The translations under genes were made by a program, and so were the position numbers. The notes under the pieces are model-generated. The model was not told the DNA's origin. It did no database searches and was given only the letters and a program-made list of their open reading frames with translations. Below, piece by piece: positions 62,226 through 64,000 of a stretch of 64,000 nucleotides of DNA. The DNA comes from Anaeramoeba ignava BMAN (Eukaryota > Protista > Anaeramoebae), in NCBI GenBank assembly GCA_028826165.1, contig JAPDFW010000012.1:22393-86392 (forward strand), in the 5' to 3' direction. Position 1 is the stretch's first letter. Each line of letters opens with the position of its first letter.

Positions 62226-64000
62226 ATGTATTCTGCACTTCAAGAATCATTACCTCCAACTTCAATTCAATATTGCAAAAAGCATATTTTATTGATAAAG
62301 AAGAAAATTTAATCATAACAAAATCATCAATTTTGGAAGTTTATTCAGTTAAAAATGATCAATTAATATTAAAATTTCAAGCAAAAATGTTTGGATTAAT
62401 TGAAGATATTTCGTCCAGTTAAAATAATTGGATATGAAAGAGATGCATTAATTTTATTATTTAACAAAAGCAAAAATATCTATAATTTATTATGAAAAAT
62501 CTATTCATAATATAAGAACAATTGGAATGCATTATTTTGAAGACCAAGAAATGCTTGAAAAGCAACATTTTAAACATAAACCTTTTTTGAAAAAAGATCC
62601 AAGAAATTCCTGTTTTGGTTTTCAAATGGATAATATTTTTTTGGCAATTTTACCAATTACTGAAGGAAATCATTGGGCAACTATTTTTAATGATCAATCA
62701 TTCCAAGTTTTACAAGATTTTCCTGAAAATGAAAATGAAAATGAAAAAGAAAATCAAAATCAAAATCAAAATCAAAATCAAAATCAAAATCAAAATCAAA
62801 ATCAAAATGAAAATGAAAAAGAAAATCAAAATCAAAATCAAAATCAAAATCAAAATCAAAATCAAAATCAAAATCAAAATCAAAATGAAAATGAAAATCA
62901 AATTCAAAATCAAAATGAAAATGAAAATGAAAATGAAAATCAAAATCAAAATCAAGTTGAAAATGAAAATGAAAATGAAAATGAAATGGAAAATCAGAAT
63001 CAAATTGAAATGGAAAATGAAAATCAAAACGAAAATGAAAATGAATGGGATTTGGAAAAAATTATTCAAGATGTACAATCAAAACAAAAAATAAAGAATG
63101 AAAATGAAAATGAAAAAAAAGAAGACAAAAACTTAAACAGTAATTCTTTTTCTAAATCTCAAAATAGACCTTTAGGTAGTTTTTATTTTGGGAATGATCA
63201 AACAAAATCTGTGATTTCTGAACCATTTTTAATCAATTTGAAAAAGCAAAAACTTTTTGATTGTGTTGATTTTTGTTTTTTGGAAGGATATTTTGAACCA
63301 ACTATTGCTGTTCTTCATCGCGGATTCAAAAAAAAAGATCGCAAAAGCAAACATATTGAAATTATATGTTTTGTAACAGTACTTTCGATGGATTTAATCA
63401 CCAAGAAAGATTATGTGATTTGGAGGAAAAGTGGATTACCAGCAGACTCTTATTCAATAATATCACTTCCTATTTCTGTTGGTGGAGGATATGCTGTATT
63501 CTCTCAAAATATGATATTCTTTATCAATGAACATCACAATTTGGCTATTGCAACAAATGCCTATCCTTTTTCAATTCCTCAGATTGCTGAGCAATACTAC
63601 AAACGATTTAACATTAAAAAGGATTATATCAACAAAACAACATTGGATTCTTGTCATTCAACTTTTGAAGGGATAATTTGTTGCTATTATCTTTGAAAAA
63701 TGGCGGAGGTTTATTTTCTTTTTGAAAACAGATCACAGAGATGTAATTGATGCAACCTTGATTAAAGGTGGTGCAATTTCCATTTCCACATCTTCATGCA
63801 CTCTCAATGATAAATATTTATTTCTTGGATCCAAAATGGGTGATTCTTTTTTGATTAAATATAATTTGAATTTGGAAACTCTAGCAGATACAGAACATAA
63901 ATTTCCTGAAGAAGAATATTCAATGGAAGATGAATTAAATTTACAAGAAAAAGATGTTTTTGAATGAAAAAGAAGAAAAAAGTTCATATCAATTACTATT
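62226..64000 (+). CDS. CPSF1: Cleavage and polyadenylation specificity factor subunit 1 (CPSF160), partial, with several frameshifts
   Basis: MYSALQESLPPTSI start; MHYFED...PFLKKDPRNSC; DFCFLEGYFEPTIAVLH; GLPADSY; YLFLGSKMGDSFLIKY. Confidence 0.9.

Noticed and set aside
299-64000. Frameshifts in SART1, RhoGEF, NOL10, the BTB genes, PARP copy 1 and CPSF1 read as pseudogenes or programmed frameshifting
   Set aside because: Most fall in homopolymer or repeat runs, several in essential genes, so unpolished long-read indels are the simpler explanation.
1-64000. Non-standard genetic code, inteins, transposases, tRNA or rRNA genes
   Set aside because: Conserved genes end at TAA or TGA and need no in-frame stop readthrough. 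I recognised no Hint, transposase, reverse transcriptase or structural RNA motifs by eye, though covariance and HMM searches were not possible.

Overview
Very AT-rich eukaryotic nuclear DNA using the standard genetic code and GT-AG spliceosomal introns. The NQ/NE low-complexity proteins, the BTB-TLDc and RCC1-BTB genes and a TCATTT element before most start codons suggest an anaerobic metamonad such as Anaeramoeba; this is an inference only. I reconstruct about 21 genes: SART1/Snu66 (partial), a bZIP factor, a giant CH-DH-PH-PH-(KQDL)n-PH RhoGEF, NOL10, a small orphan, a divergent histone H4, RBM28/Nop4, a bacterial-like alpha/beta hydrolase, two BTB(-TLDc) proteins, a 4xPH + NCS/EF-hand fusion, three tandem CCCH-zinc-finger/PARP paralogues, eIF3c, a UBA-UBX protein, an ACAP-type ArfGAP, an RCC1-BTB protein, a six-exon Ras GTPase missed by the ORF track, and CPSF1 (partial). 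Microsatellites and 144-161 bp tandem arrays fill introns and intergenic gaps. Scattered frameshifts in homopolymers look like long-read errors. The best candidate for a new system is the three-gene cluster of multi-CCCH + H-Y-E PARP proteins (ZAP/PARP12-like architecture), with a Cys/His insertion in the D-loop and a diverged recognition region. Other notable patterns: an H4 lacking the K20 equivalent beside a ~154 bp satellite; strand-oriented, G-poor repeat introns with many AAG acceptors; rare words shared between distant satellites; and several unrelated arrays with nucleosome-sized units.
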